Positions 13,165 through 23,869 of a stretch of 64,000 nucleotides of DNA are shown piece by piece. Made by a program: the position numbers and the translations under genes. Numbering within the stretch: position 1 is the first letter of the stretch; each line of letters opens with the position of its first letter. A model generated the notes under the pieces. That model saw only the letters and a list, made by a program, of their open reading frames with translations, made no database searches and had not been told where the DNA came from. Origin of the DNA: Eledone cirrhosa (lineage: Eukaryota); NCBI GenBank assembly GCA_964016885.1, contig OZ024742.1, positions 129,642,001 to 129,706,000 on the forward strand. The letters run 5' to 3'.

Positions 13165-13277
13165 AGTATAAACAATTGTTTCATTGATCAAGTGAGTCTA
13201 AAGGTCGCTAATCACTCGAAGTTGCGTCACTCAACCTTAAATACAGTGTTTGCCTCTGATCAAATCATTGGAATACT
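13165..13277 (-). ncRNA. Hammerhead-like motif with long stem II (core mutated), followed by a short fold-back
   Basis: AGTATT-CCAATGA-TTTGATCA..(long loop)..TGATCAAT-GAAAC-AATT-GTT^-TATACT. Hairpin 13254-13305. Second copy at 41210-41322. Confidence 0.55.
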
Positions 13278-13342
13278 CAAGAGTATTCCAATGATTTGAT
13301 CAGAGACAGATATTCGTTAACATGTAGACTCACATAGACTGA

Positions 13343-13382
<40 letters not shown>

Positions 13383-13546
13383 AATTAGTATATCTACCAA
13401 CATATATATACAGATGCATACCTATGCTAGCAAATATATAGGTTTTGTCTTAGTAACTTTGTGGTTCAATGCAAGGGATGCAGAACAATTATATGAAAGA
13501 CGTAAAATAAGAAAATTATAAAAATTAACTTACTTACTAAAATTTC

Positions 13547-13629
13547 ACTCCAACTAATTAGTTTCTGAAAGGGAATAAACATGGTTTCCAAATGGAAAGC
13601 ATGGAGAAGCCGTTTCATCATCAGGAAGT
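13547..13629 (-). ncRNA. Type-I hammerhead motif (unit copy 1)
   Basis: ACTTC-CTGATGA-TGAAA..inner hairpin..TTTCA-GAAAC-TAATTA-GTT^-GGAGT. Confidence 0.7.
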
Positions 13630-14125
13630 CTGTTCTCAGCTAAGTTACCAGGTGATGCGTAGACACAGAGAACTTATACAAAAATAATTCAGTGGATGGA
13701 AAAAAGCAAGCGTGGACTAAATTCCAAGACATTGAAAAAATCACTGCCTACTTGGTCGGTGGCAAATTCAAAAGAATCAATCACGTGACATCGAGGTTAA
13801 TCAGTGAACAATAGTAGCAGTTTTGGCAAATTTTTGCACAACAAAATAATTTGGAGATAATTATAAAGAATTAGTATATCTACCAACATATATATATATA
13901 CAGATGCATACCTATGCTAGCAAATATATAGGTTTTGTCTTAGTAACTTTGTGGTTCAATGCAAGGGGATGCAGAACAATTATATGAAAGACGTAAAATA
14001 AGAAAATTATTAAAATGTTTCAATGTCTTGGAATTTAGTCCACGCTTGCTTTTTTCCATCCACTGAATTATTTTTGTATAAGTTCCCTGTGTCCACGCAT
14101 CGCCTGGTAACTTAGCTGAGAACAG

Positions 14126-14208
14126 ACTTCCTGATGACGAAACGGCTTCTCCATGCTTTCCATTTGGAAACCCTGTTTATTCCCTTTCAGAAACTAATTA
14201 GTGTGAGT
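14126..14208 (+). ncRNA. Hammerhead motif (unit copy 2), cleavage triplet mutated to GUG
   Basis: ACTTC-CTGATGA-CGAAA..TTTCA-GAAAC-TAATTA-GTG. Confidence 0.55.
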
Positions 14209-14656
14209 AAAATTTTAGTAAGTAAGTTAATTTTTATAATTTTCTTATTTTACGTCTTTCATATAATTGTTCTGCATCCCCTTGCATTGAACCACAAAGT
14301 TACTAAGACAAAACCTATATATTTGCTAGCATAGGTATGCATCTGTATATATATGTTGGTAGATATACTAATTCTTTATAATTATCTCCAAATTATTTTG
14401 TTGAGCAAAAATTTGCCAAAACTGCTACTATAGTTCATAGTAATGGCTCGGCTACTGTCTTTTTAACACCCCACTCCTCACTGATTAACCTCGATGTCAC
14501 GTGATGGATACTTTTGAATTTGCCACCGACCAAGTAGGCAGTGATTTTTTCAATGTCTTGGAATTTAGTCCCCGCTTGCTTTTTTCCATCCACTGAATTA
14601 TTTTTTGTATAAGTTACCTGTGTCCACGCATCGCCTGGTAACTTAGCTGAGAACAG

Positions 14657-14739
14657 ACTTCCTGATGATGAAACGGCTTCTCCATGCTTTCCATTTGGAA
14701 ATCATGTTTATTCCCTTTCAGAAACTAAATAGTTGGAGT
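14657..14739 (+). ncRNA. Type-I hammerhead motif (unit copy 3)
   Basis: ACTTC-CTGATGA-TGAAA..TTTCA-GAAAC-TAAATA-GTT^-GGAGT, 531 nt downstream of copy 2. Confidence 0.68.
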
Positions 14740-14787
14740 GAAATTTTCGTAAGTAAGTTAATTTTTATAATTTTCTTATTTTACGTC

Positions 14788-14842
<55 letters not shown>

Positions 14843-14949
14843 CAAGACAAGGTCAGCCGACCGGACACTGCCCACAACAGGACAACCCGTCTAACCCATG
14901 CTAGCGTGGAAGAACGGACATAAAACGGTGATGATGATGATGATGATAA

Positions 14950-16293
14950 CTTCTATACACAGATGATCTAACACTCATAGCCGAATCTATGGTTGAACTA
15001 GAGAAGAAATTCCAAACATGGAAGCATGGCCTAGAATCAAAAGGCTTTAAAATTAACTTGTCTAAGACTAAAGTTCTAATATGTAGGAAGGAAAATAGGG
15101 CACTGGTCCCATCTGGGAAATGGCCATGCTCAGTGTGTAGGAAAGGAGTAGGCAGAAACTCCATTTTATGTCCCAAATGCAAAGTATGGGTGCATAAAAG
15201 ATGTAGTGGGATCACAGGTAAGCTAACTAAGAATATAGATTTTATATGTGGCCGGTGCTCAGGTGCAATAAGTAGCAGCAAGTGCCCACAGAACACTAGC
15301 TCATTCCATTGCCCAGATGGTTCTATAGAAATAGTGGACACCTTCCGTTACCTGGGTGACAAAATCAGCAGTGGTGGAGGGTGCTCCAAAAGTACTGTAG
15401 CTAGAGTCAGAACGGGATGGAAAAAGTTCAGAGAGCTTATACCACTATTGGCCACTAAAGGTTTCTCTCTAAAAATGAAAAGCAGGCTGTATGATGCCTG
15501 CATACGAACAGCGATGTGACATGGGCCTTGTGTGCAGAGGATCTACGCAGACTGGAGAGGAACGAAGCTTGCATGCTCCGTTGGATGTGTAATAGTAATA
15601 TACGCGAACGGCAAAGCATAAATGAACTAAGAAATTAGGAATAAGAGGGATCAGATGCTTTTTACTCGAGAGAAGACTACGTTGGTATGGTCACGTGATG
15701 CGCATGAAAGACGACAGCTGTATAAAAAAGTGCAGAGCGATCAAAATAGACGGTAGCTTCGAAGTAGGCAGACCCAGAAAAACCTGGGACGACTTGATAT
15801 ATTCCGACCTCACATACTTACACCTCTCCAAGACAATGTCACTGGACCGAGAGCTTTGGCGCTACACAGTAATACAGAAGACCCGCCTTGCCTAATACAA
15901 AGCGAAACCTACAGTCAGTAGGCACCTCTTAACCAAAATACACCCCAGCCCCACTACCCCTACCCCTACCCCCATCTACACCACCCCTTTCGATGTAAAG
16001 TTATGTTGGTACCACAACATACAGTCCTAAATAAATGAGGTTGTGTAGGTGTCACAACAAAATAAACACACAGTCCACGCTGTAATGTGGCCGTGTAGGT
16101 AACATGGTAAAAACCTCCCAGTCCACACTGTAAACGTGATTGGTGTTTGGAAGGGCATCCAGCCATAGAAAACCCACCAGACAGTCCTGAGCAAGACAAC
16201 CAATCTTGCCTCATGTGGGACAATTCCCGTCCAGACCCATGCTAGCGTGGAAGATGGACGTTAAACGATGATGATGATGATGATGATGATGAT
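14950..16293 (+). mobile_element. 5'-truncated RTE LINE (from YxDD, PHD finger, C-terminus, 3' UTR, (GAT)n tail)
   Basis: LYTDDL, GFKINLSKTKVL, WPCSVC..CPKC..WVHKRC..CGRC, FRYLG, RWYGHV, GRPRKTW. Confidence 0.93.
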
Positions 16294-16354
16294 ATATATA
16301 TATATATATATAGAATACTATTAGCTTCTCGCTAAAACAATTTCTATACCTTTC

Positions 16355-16447
<93 letters not shown>

Positions 16448-17141
16448 CGAGAGAGAAGATTGAGAAACAGATATAGAGGAAGAATCAACCCCAGTGCTGG
16501 ACTGGTAGTTCATTTATTAACTTCAAAAGGATGAAAGGCAAAGTTGACATCAGTGGGATATAAACTCTGATTACAGAGAGCCAGAATAAATACTGCAGAG
16601 TATTCTATCCAACATTCTAACGACTCTGCCAATTTTCTACCTTTACTTCACCCTACCTTCTGAATTCAAATTACTATGGGTTGGCTGGGTCAAGAAAAAT
16701 AAGTGCAAGCTAGATATAAGGAAGAGGAGGGAGGTTCAAATGTCTATTTTCATTGCAGTTTTAGAAGCCAATAGTATTATATATAATGTTTTGTGTGAAG
16801 TTTACCATGGTGTGAATTGGATAGTAAATGTTAAAAATATGATAACAAAGATGTTGGGATGTTACCTTGCAGTTCTTTATAGATCCTTATATTTCAGGAT
16901 AAAATTCCTTCATCAAAAAATTAATAAAAGAAACTAGTTTGAAGCTGTATATCTTTTGTCACACTTAATCACCCTCTTAGTATTATATCTGTTATAGAGA
17001 GTCATGTCAGTTCAAAATACTGATGAAAATATAAAATTTTAAATTAAACCACCTGAAACCAGCCTGGTTTTATAATACACAACTGTTACTTTTACATTTA
17101 TCTAAAAACCTTCCATCATAATTTTATGTAAGAACCTTTAA

Positions 17142-17362
17142 CCCTTTAGTATTTACATTACTCTATATATATTATTGTATTTTTGTGGTAAAGACTTTAT
17201 CTTACATAATTATCTCATATAGTATCAAATCTACGTGATTTTGATGTTATTTATTTTGAGAACAATACCTTAACATCAGTATGAGCAGCCAGTTTCAGTT
17301 GGTTTGAACAGAAAGAGGTGAGAGAATTCTGGACGGATATGGCTGGTTTAAATATTAAAGGG
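17142..17362. mobile_element. TTAA-flanked piggyBac-type MITE nested in an older TTAA MITE
   Basis: TTAA-CCCTTTAGTATTTA ... TAAATATTAAAGGG-TTAA. The host element continues on both sides (about 17045-17505). Confidence 0.75.
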
Positions 17363-17616
17363 TTAAGTTATGTTCCAAACACCAGCTTAATAATAAGAAA
17401 ATTAGCTATATTACTCAATCCTTCCAAATTCTTGATAATTTTCAAAATTAATTGAAAATCATGAGGCAGTAACTTTTATTAGAAATATGGTAACAAAATG
17501 CTTAAATATATAAATAATGGACAAGGAAGTAATATTCTGCAGTTAGTTTACTACAGACATGGTGACCAAAATGCTATAGAAATTTAGAAAGATGTGGGGA
17601 AACAGATCATTATTAT

Positions 17617-17806
17617 TGGATTAGCAGTATCGGTAGAGGGTCGGACGCCATGCTTTGACGCATAGAGTTACGGTCCTTGCCATTCTGAGTTCAAATCTCG
17701 CCGAGGTTTACTTTGCCTTTCATCCTTACGGGGTCGATAAAATAAAGTACCAGTAATGCACTTGGTAATTGCTGGCCTTGTGCCTAAAAGTAGAAACAAT
17801 TATTAT
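17617..17806 (+). mobile_element. tRNA-derived SINE with Deu/Nin-like central domain
   Basis: A-box-like TAGCAGTATCGG, B-box GAGTTCAAATCTC, GCCTTTCATCCTTACGGGGTCGATAAAATAAAGTACC core, (ATT)n tail. Many copies in the window. Confidence 0.85.
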
Positions 17807-18227
17807 TGTTCTTTACATTTGCTTTTCTATGTGAGCATGGGCTGGAAAAGGCTTTTTGGGGGCAGTATTCTATGGTTGGATGTTCTTCTTGATGCCAACC
17901 CATACCATATTTTTAAGGCAGCTAATTGACAAAGTTGTTAAACCATCATATAGAATGCTATGCAATATGTATTCCAGCAGCTCGCTGTGTTCTGAGTTCA
18001 AATCTTGCTGCAGTTAACTTTACCTTTCATCATTTCAAGATTGATAAATAAAGTACCAATTGAGTACTGCGATTGGTTCTTCTTTCATATCTTTTATCAC
18101 ACACACTCTCTTAATTTCTCTGTTAGAAATCAGCTGCTTTCTAACAGGGGGAGGGATGGGCTTTGCCAAATAAAATATGCCCAAAACATGCTGTGTCAAG
18201 ATTATTTATATATATATATATATTCCT

Positions 18228-18269
<42 letters not shown>

Positions 18270-18457
18270 CAGAAGAAAATGACTGTGTTTCATTCTTTTA
18301 AAGTCAGAAACTATATAAAGAAGAAAAAAAAAAACATACCAAAAACAAACAAAAATTCTCTTTAAATCAATATTAAATAAAGTTAACATTTAGTTAACAC
18401 CCAGTTACACCCAACATGAATACTCCATGTCGAAATTGAAAGTTATCTCATAACTAA

Positions 18458-18797
18458 TAATTGTTTCTACGTTTGGCACAAGGCCAGCAATTAACCAGTG
18501 CATTACGGGTACTTTATTTTATCGACCCCGTAAGGATGAATGGCAAAGTTAACCTCGGTGGGATTTGAACTCAGAATGGCAAGGGCCGTAACTCTATACT
18601 AATAATAACTTTAAATTAATTGTTTCTACTTTTGGCACAAGGCCAGCAATTATTCCAGTGTATTACTGGTACTTTATTTTATCGACCCCGTAAGGATGAA
18701 AGGCAAAGTTAACCTCGGCGGGATTTGAACTCAGATCATAAAGGGCCGTAACTCTTTGCTGCAAAGACCCTCTACCGATACTGCCAATCCATCGCCC
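18458..18797 (-). mobile_element. Two tandem copies of the Nin-like SINE
   Basis: Reverse complements of 17617-17806. Confidence 0.85.
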
Positions 18798-19186
18798 AAT
18801 AATAACTTTAAATTAATAATATATATATGTATGAGTGTGTGTATAATTTTGACTTCTCTCTCTCTTTCATTCCATTGTTTTTTTTTACAAAAGTCTATTT
18901 ATATTTTCTTCTTACATTACTATTTGCCCAACTTCTGTATCATGTCATAGCCTAGTCAAAAGACACTTGTTCACCTTTGTCTCTATAGTGTTGTGTTGTA
19001 TTGTGTGCATCTTTCCAATGGCTTGTTGAAAACTGTCATGCTACCTGGGCTAAATATCATACAATACCAAATGAATACATTGCCCAGGGGGTGGTTGAGG
19101 AGGAAGTTGGATGCTTTTCTTTGTTCATTTGTCCTATGTATTTCGTTTTTTTTTCTGTACCTTTGCTATACACACACACACACATA

Positions 19187-19303
19187 TGAAGGATTCGGAA
19201 CCCCAACAGCTAAGCTCCTGTCATTTCAACAGCTAGATCTGAACTGTTCAGATCTAGCTATTGAGACGGCAGGAGCTCAGCTGTTGGGGTCCTGAATCCT
19301 TCA
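19187..19303. repeat. Near-perfect 117-nt hairpin
   Basis: TGAAGGATTCGGAACCCCAACAGCT..AGATCTGAAC-T-GTTCAGATCT..AGCTGTTGGGGTCCTGAATCCTTCA. Confidence 0.85.
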
Positions 19304-19376
19304 CATTACCCACTCTACAAGCCCAAGTATCGTGTACTCTGGTGAGTAATGGTCTAACTGGTTTTACTGCATCCAT

Positions 19377-19423
<47 letters not shown>

Positions 19424-19632
19424 TGTATGTACAATATATTTGGCAATATACTGTATATTTAATTAAAAACATTTAGAAGACCATTCACTATCAGTTTTAA
19501 AGTAGTGACTATGTCACTTACTTATTTTCGGTGAAAGAAGGGAGAGAAGCTGACAGTCTGTTTCTCGCCCTGTAACAATGCATTAGTTTCTGCGACAGCT
19601 GTCTGAATGGAACTACCATGTGCATAAATTAG

Positions 19633-20133
19633 GTAAAGTTAGTAAACATTTCATAAGTGGGTAACGTATATATATATATATATCATCATCATCATCATCG
19701 ATTAATGTCTATCTTCCACGTTTGCATGGGTTAGACGGCTCCCATTTAGAGGCAAGTTGGGTCGGGTGACCCTGTCTCGATCATATAGGGGTGTTTCTGG
19801 TTGGTTTTCTACGGCTGGATGCCCTTCCTAATGCCAACCACATTGACGGTGTGTGCTGGGGGATGGGGCATACTGTATATATGCTTCAGCTTGTTTCCGT
19901 GGGAAGTCTGGTCTTCTGTATTAATATATATATGGCATCCAGCCATAGAAAACCAGACAGAAACACCCCTATATGATCGAGACACGGTCACCCGACCCAA
20001 CTTGCCTCTAAATGGGATCCGTCTAACCTATGCAAGCGGGGAAGATAGACATTAATTGATGGTGATGATGATATATATATATATCTATATATATATATAC
20101 GCTACCCACTTATGAAATGTTTACTAACTTTAC
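19633..20133. repeat. Inverted duplication (about 190-bp arms) of an RTE-tail repeat plus its unique flank
   Basis: 19633-19823 is the reverse complement of 19934-20133, including the non-repeat GTAAAGTTAGTAAACATTTCATAAGTGGGTA. Confidence 0.85.
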
Positions 20134-21373
20134 TAGAGAAGAAATTCCAAACTTGGAAGCAGGGACTAGAGAGAAAGAGTTTCAGGGTCAACCTGACAAA
20201 GACTAAGGTCCTTGTAAGTAGACGAGAAAATAGAACCCAGATCCCCTCAGAGAAATGGCCTTGCTCAGTGTGTTGGAAAGGTGTAGGTAGGAACTCCATT
20301 CTCTGCCCCAAATGCAAACAATGGATACACAAGAGATGTAGCGGGATCTCAGGAAGCTTAATTAAGAATGTAGGCTTCACATGCAGCAGCTGTGCTGGGA
20401 CAACAAGCAGCAAACAGCCACAGGAAACAAGTACCACCAAACTCTGGGAGGGCTCTGTAGAAACAGTAGACAGCTTCTGCTACCTAGGTGACTGAATTAG
20501 CAGCGGAGGTGGGTGTTTGGAAAGTACAATAACTAGGGTAAGAACGGGATGGAAGAAGTTCAGGGAGCTACTGCCACTGCTAGTTGCAAAAGGCTTTTCC
20601 CTCAAAATGAAAGGCAGACTGTATGATGCGTGTATATGAACAGCAATGTTACATGGAAGTGAGACCATGGAAGTGAGATCTGTGGAAGACTGGCGAAGAT
20701 TAGAGAGAAACGAAGCCTGCATGCTCCGATGGATGTGTAATAGTAATATACGCGAACAGCAAAGCATAAATGAATTGAGAGAGAGACTGAGCATAAGAAG
20801 AATCAAATACTGTGTGCAGGAGAGACGGTTGCGTTGGTATGGACATGTGATGCGTATGAAGGATGACAGCTGCATAAAAAGGTGCAGAGCACTAGAAGTC
20901 GATGGAAACCGCGGAGTGGGGAGACCCAATAAGACCTGGGATGAGGTGATAAAAGCCGACCGTACCCAATTACACCTCTCAAAGGCGATGACACACGACC
21001 GTGACCTCTGGTGTTACGCAGTAATACAGAAGACCCAGCCCCCCCCCCCCCCTCGGGTACAAGCCGAAGCTGAAGCATATAGACAATATGCCCCCATCCT
21101 CTCCCACTGCAAAGTGGTCATGGAGGTGCCACGGCAAAAAAGCACCCAGCTCACACTGTAAAGTGGATGTGTAGGCGCCACGAAAAAAAAGCACCCATCA
21201 CTCACTGTAAACGAGGTTGGTGTTAGGAACGGCATCCAGCTGTAGAAATGAAGCCAGAATCAGTTCCCGTATGAGCAAGGCTTGGTCAGCCGACCGGACA
21301 CTGCCCACGACAGGACAACCCGTCTAACCTATGCTAGCATGGAAGAACGGACATAAAACGGTGATGGTGATGA
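20133..21373 (+). mobile_element. 5'-truncated RTE LINE with PHD finger and 3' UTR
   Basis: ORF pieces 20112-20495 and 20646-21161 (WIHKRCSG, MLHGSET, RWYGHV, GRPNKTW); tail AAACGGTGATGGTGATGAT. Confidence 0.93.
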
Positions 21374-21989
21374 TACACACACATAACTTTAAGTTTATTT
21401 ATATAATTAAAATAAATATATAAATACACATGCAAATACATATAGGCATGCCTGGGGAGAGGAGAGGTGGGCTACTATCTGCACAAATATTCTAATTAAG
21501 AGACAACTCCTACACCAAGACTTTAATTAAATAAGATCTACAGTCTAAATAAGTTTCAAGATTCTAAAGAATTTTTCGCTGCTTCTAGAATACCATATAA
21601 ATGTTTAATTTCTTACTCTGGCACATGGCCAATTATTCTGGCAGATACTGAAGGTATTGTCACCTCTAAGAGTTCTGCTAAAATATATTCTTAGCAGTTA
21701 TTTTATTTTGATGACCTGACCCAAGAGACATGGAAACCTTGGTTGACTATGTTAAGATTTGAACTACATACATTCCAGTAGAAAATATTTGTTTACATAA
21801 ATTATCAAAAGACGAACAATTTGCAGTAAGAAAGTAAACAAAGAAAAGAAAAAAATGAAAACAAGCTGAAATAAAATTGGCAGAAGGCACAGACACACAA
21901 TTATATGGCACAACAAAGAGTGTTGGAATTTACCTCTAATAATGTTTGAGGCAAGCCAAGAAATGCATGGCATTGCTGTGGGTGATAGC

Positions 21990-23497
21990 TAGGCTTGGTC
22001 TGATCATGTCTGGAACAATCAGATCTGACCTAATTCCAATCCAATCTCATCCAGTCTGATTCAATTTGACCTGGTCTGATCCAATCTAGTCCAGAGCAAT
22101 CTTGTTTGATCCGGTGTGGTCCAATTCGGTATGGTTTGATCTGATCTGATTTGATCCAATCCAGTCTCATCTGATACTATCTGACTCAATTCAGTCTGTC
22201 ATGATCTGGTTTGATCCAATCCGATGTGGTCTAATCTGGTCTGGTATGGTCTCAGCTGATCCAGTTTGATGATATGTGATCCGGTTTGATCAGATTTGAT
22301 CTGGTCCAATCTGGTCTGGAACAATCTGATCTGATCTAGTCCAATCCAATCTGGTCTGATCCGATATAAACTGATCTTATCCAATCTGGAGTATTTTTAT
22401 CCAGTATGATCTAATCCAATCTGATGCTGTCTGATCTGATACAATCTGACCCAAGCTGGTCTTACTCAATCTGGTCGGGTCTGATTTGATACAGAGCAAT
22501 CCGATCTGATCTTCACTGTTCTGGTCTGATCCCAATCTGATATGATCCAGTCTGATTCAATCTGGACTGATCCAATCTGGTTCAGAGAAATCTGATCCAA
22601 TCTGGTATGATCCAGTATGGTCTGATCTGATCCAGTTTTGAGCAGATCTGTTCCCATTTGAACAGATCTGATCTAGTTTGTTCGACCCAGTTTGATCCAA
22701 TCTGGTCTTGACTGATCCAGTCCAATCTCATCCAGAAAAATCTGATCTGGTCAGAACCTGATATGATCTACTCTGGTAGTCTGATCTGATATGGTCTGAT
22801 TGGATACGGTTCGATAAGATCTGGTGTGATCCAGTCTTGAATGATTCCATTCAGATCTGATCTTGTTCAATCTGATCCAGTCCAGTATGATAAATCCAAT
22901 ATGGTCTGATCTGATTCATCCCGGTCTTATCTGCCTGATCCAATTTTGTCAAAAACAATCAAATCTGGTTTACTGATCCAGTCTGGTCAAATCCAGTATG
23001 ATCTGATCTGGTTTGATTGAATCAAGCCTGATCTGATGATAGTTTGACTCAATCTGGTTTGATGCAATCCAATCTAGTTTGATCTGATCTGGCCTGATCC
23101 CAATCTGAACTGATCCAATCTGGTCTTATCCAATTCAACCTGGTCTGATCCAATCTGATCCAGAGTAATCCAATCAGGTCTTGTCTAATTTGATGTGGTC
23201 CTATCTGGTATTTTCTGATCTGATCTAGCCTGATCCCAATCTGAACTGATCCAATCTGGTCTTATCCAATTCAACCTGGTCTGATCCAATCTGATCCAGA
23301 GTAATCCAATCAGGTCTTGTCTAATTTGATGTGGTCCTATCTGGTATTTTCTGATCTGATCTAGTTTGATTCAACCCAGTCTGATCGAATTCAGCCCTAT
23401 CTGGTCCAGAACAATCCGATCTAGTCTGATCCAATCCAGTTTGATCAGATTTGGTTTGACCCGATCCTGTCCGATTCGACCCAGTCCAATCCAATCT
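21990..23497. repeat. Degenerate pentamer satellite (GATCT/GATCC/GGTCT/AATCT)n with an internal 136-bp perfect duplication
   Basis: 5-bp periodicity over 1.5 kb; 23093-23228 is identical to 23229-23364. Confidence 0.92.
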
Positions 23498-23869
23498 GTT
23501 TTTCTCAGACATGGAGAAGGATTAACTCTGCCAGGTTTTTTAAAGCTGAAATATGATTGCTTTCTTTTGACTGGTATTTAAGTAGCAATCAGAGTCATTA
23601 TAATGCCTTGTGGTATTTGCTTATGTCTTTCAAGTTCAAATCATGCCAATGTTAACTTTGCCTTTAATCTCTCTCAGGGTCGATAAAATAAAGTACCAAT
23701 CTAGTGTTGTGTTGGTGGCACAAATAATGCACCCAGTCCATGCTGTAAAGAGGTTGGTGATAGGAAGGGTATCCAGTCAGAAAAACCCTGCCAAAATTAT
23801 ACAAGCACAAATAGAATTTTCAGTAATTGCGTATGCAGGCTAACACTAGTCATGTTAGTACTGCACATG

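Larger units (their letters stand above)
13377..14793. mobile_element. Tandem-plus-inverted array of an approximately 490-530-bp non-coding unit with one hammerhead per unit (Penelope pLTR/retrozyme-like)
   Basis: About 1.3 units at 13377-14016, then about 1.5 units inverted at 14018-14793. (TA)n on both sides. Confidence 0.8.

Noticed and set aside
22199-23581. DQTRL/DQTGS pentapeptide-like ORFs
   Set aside because: By-product of the 5-bp satellite; frequent stops and no continuous frame.
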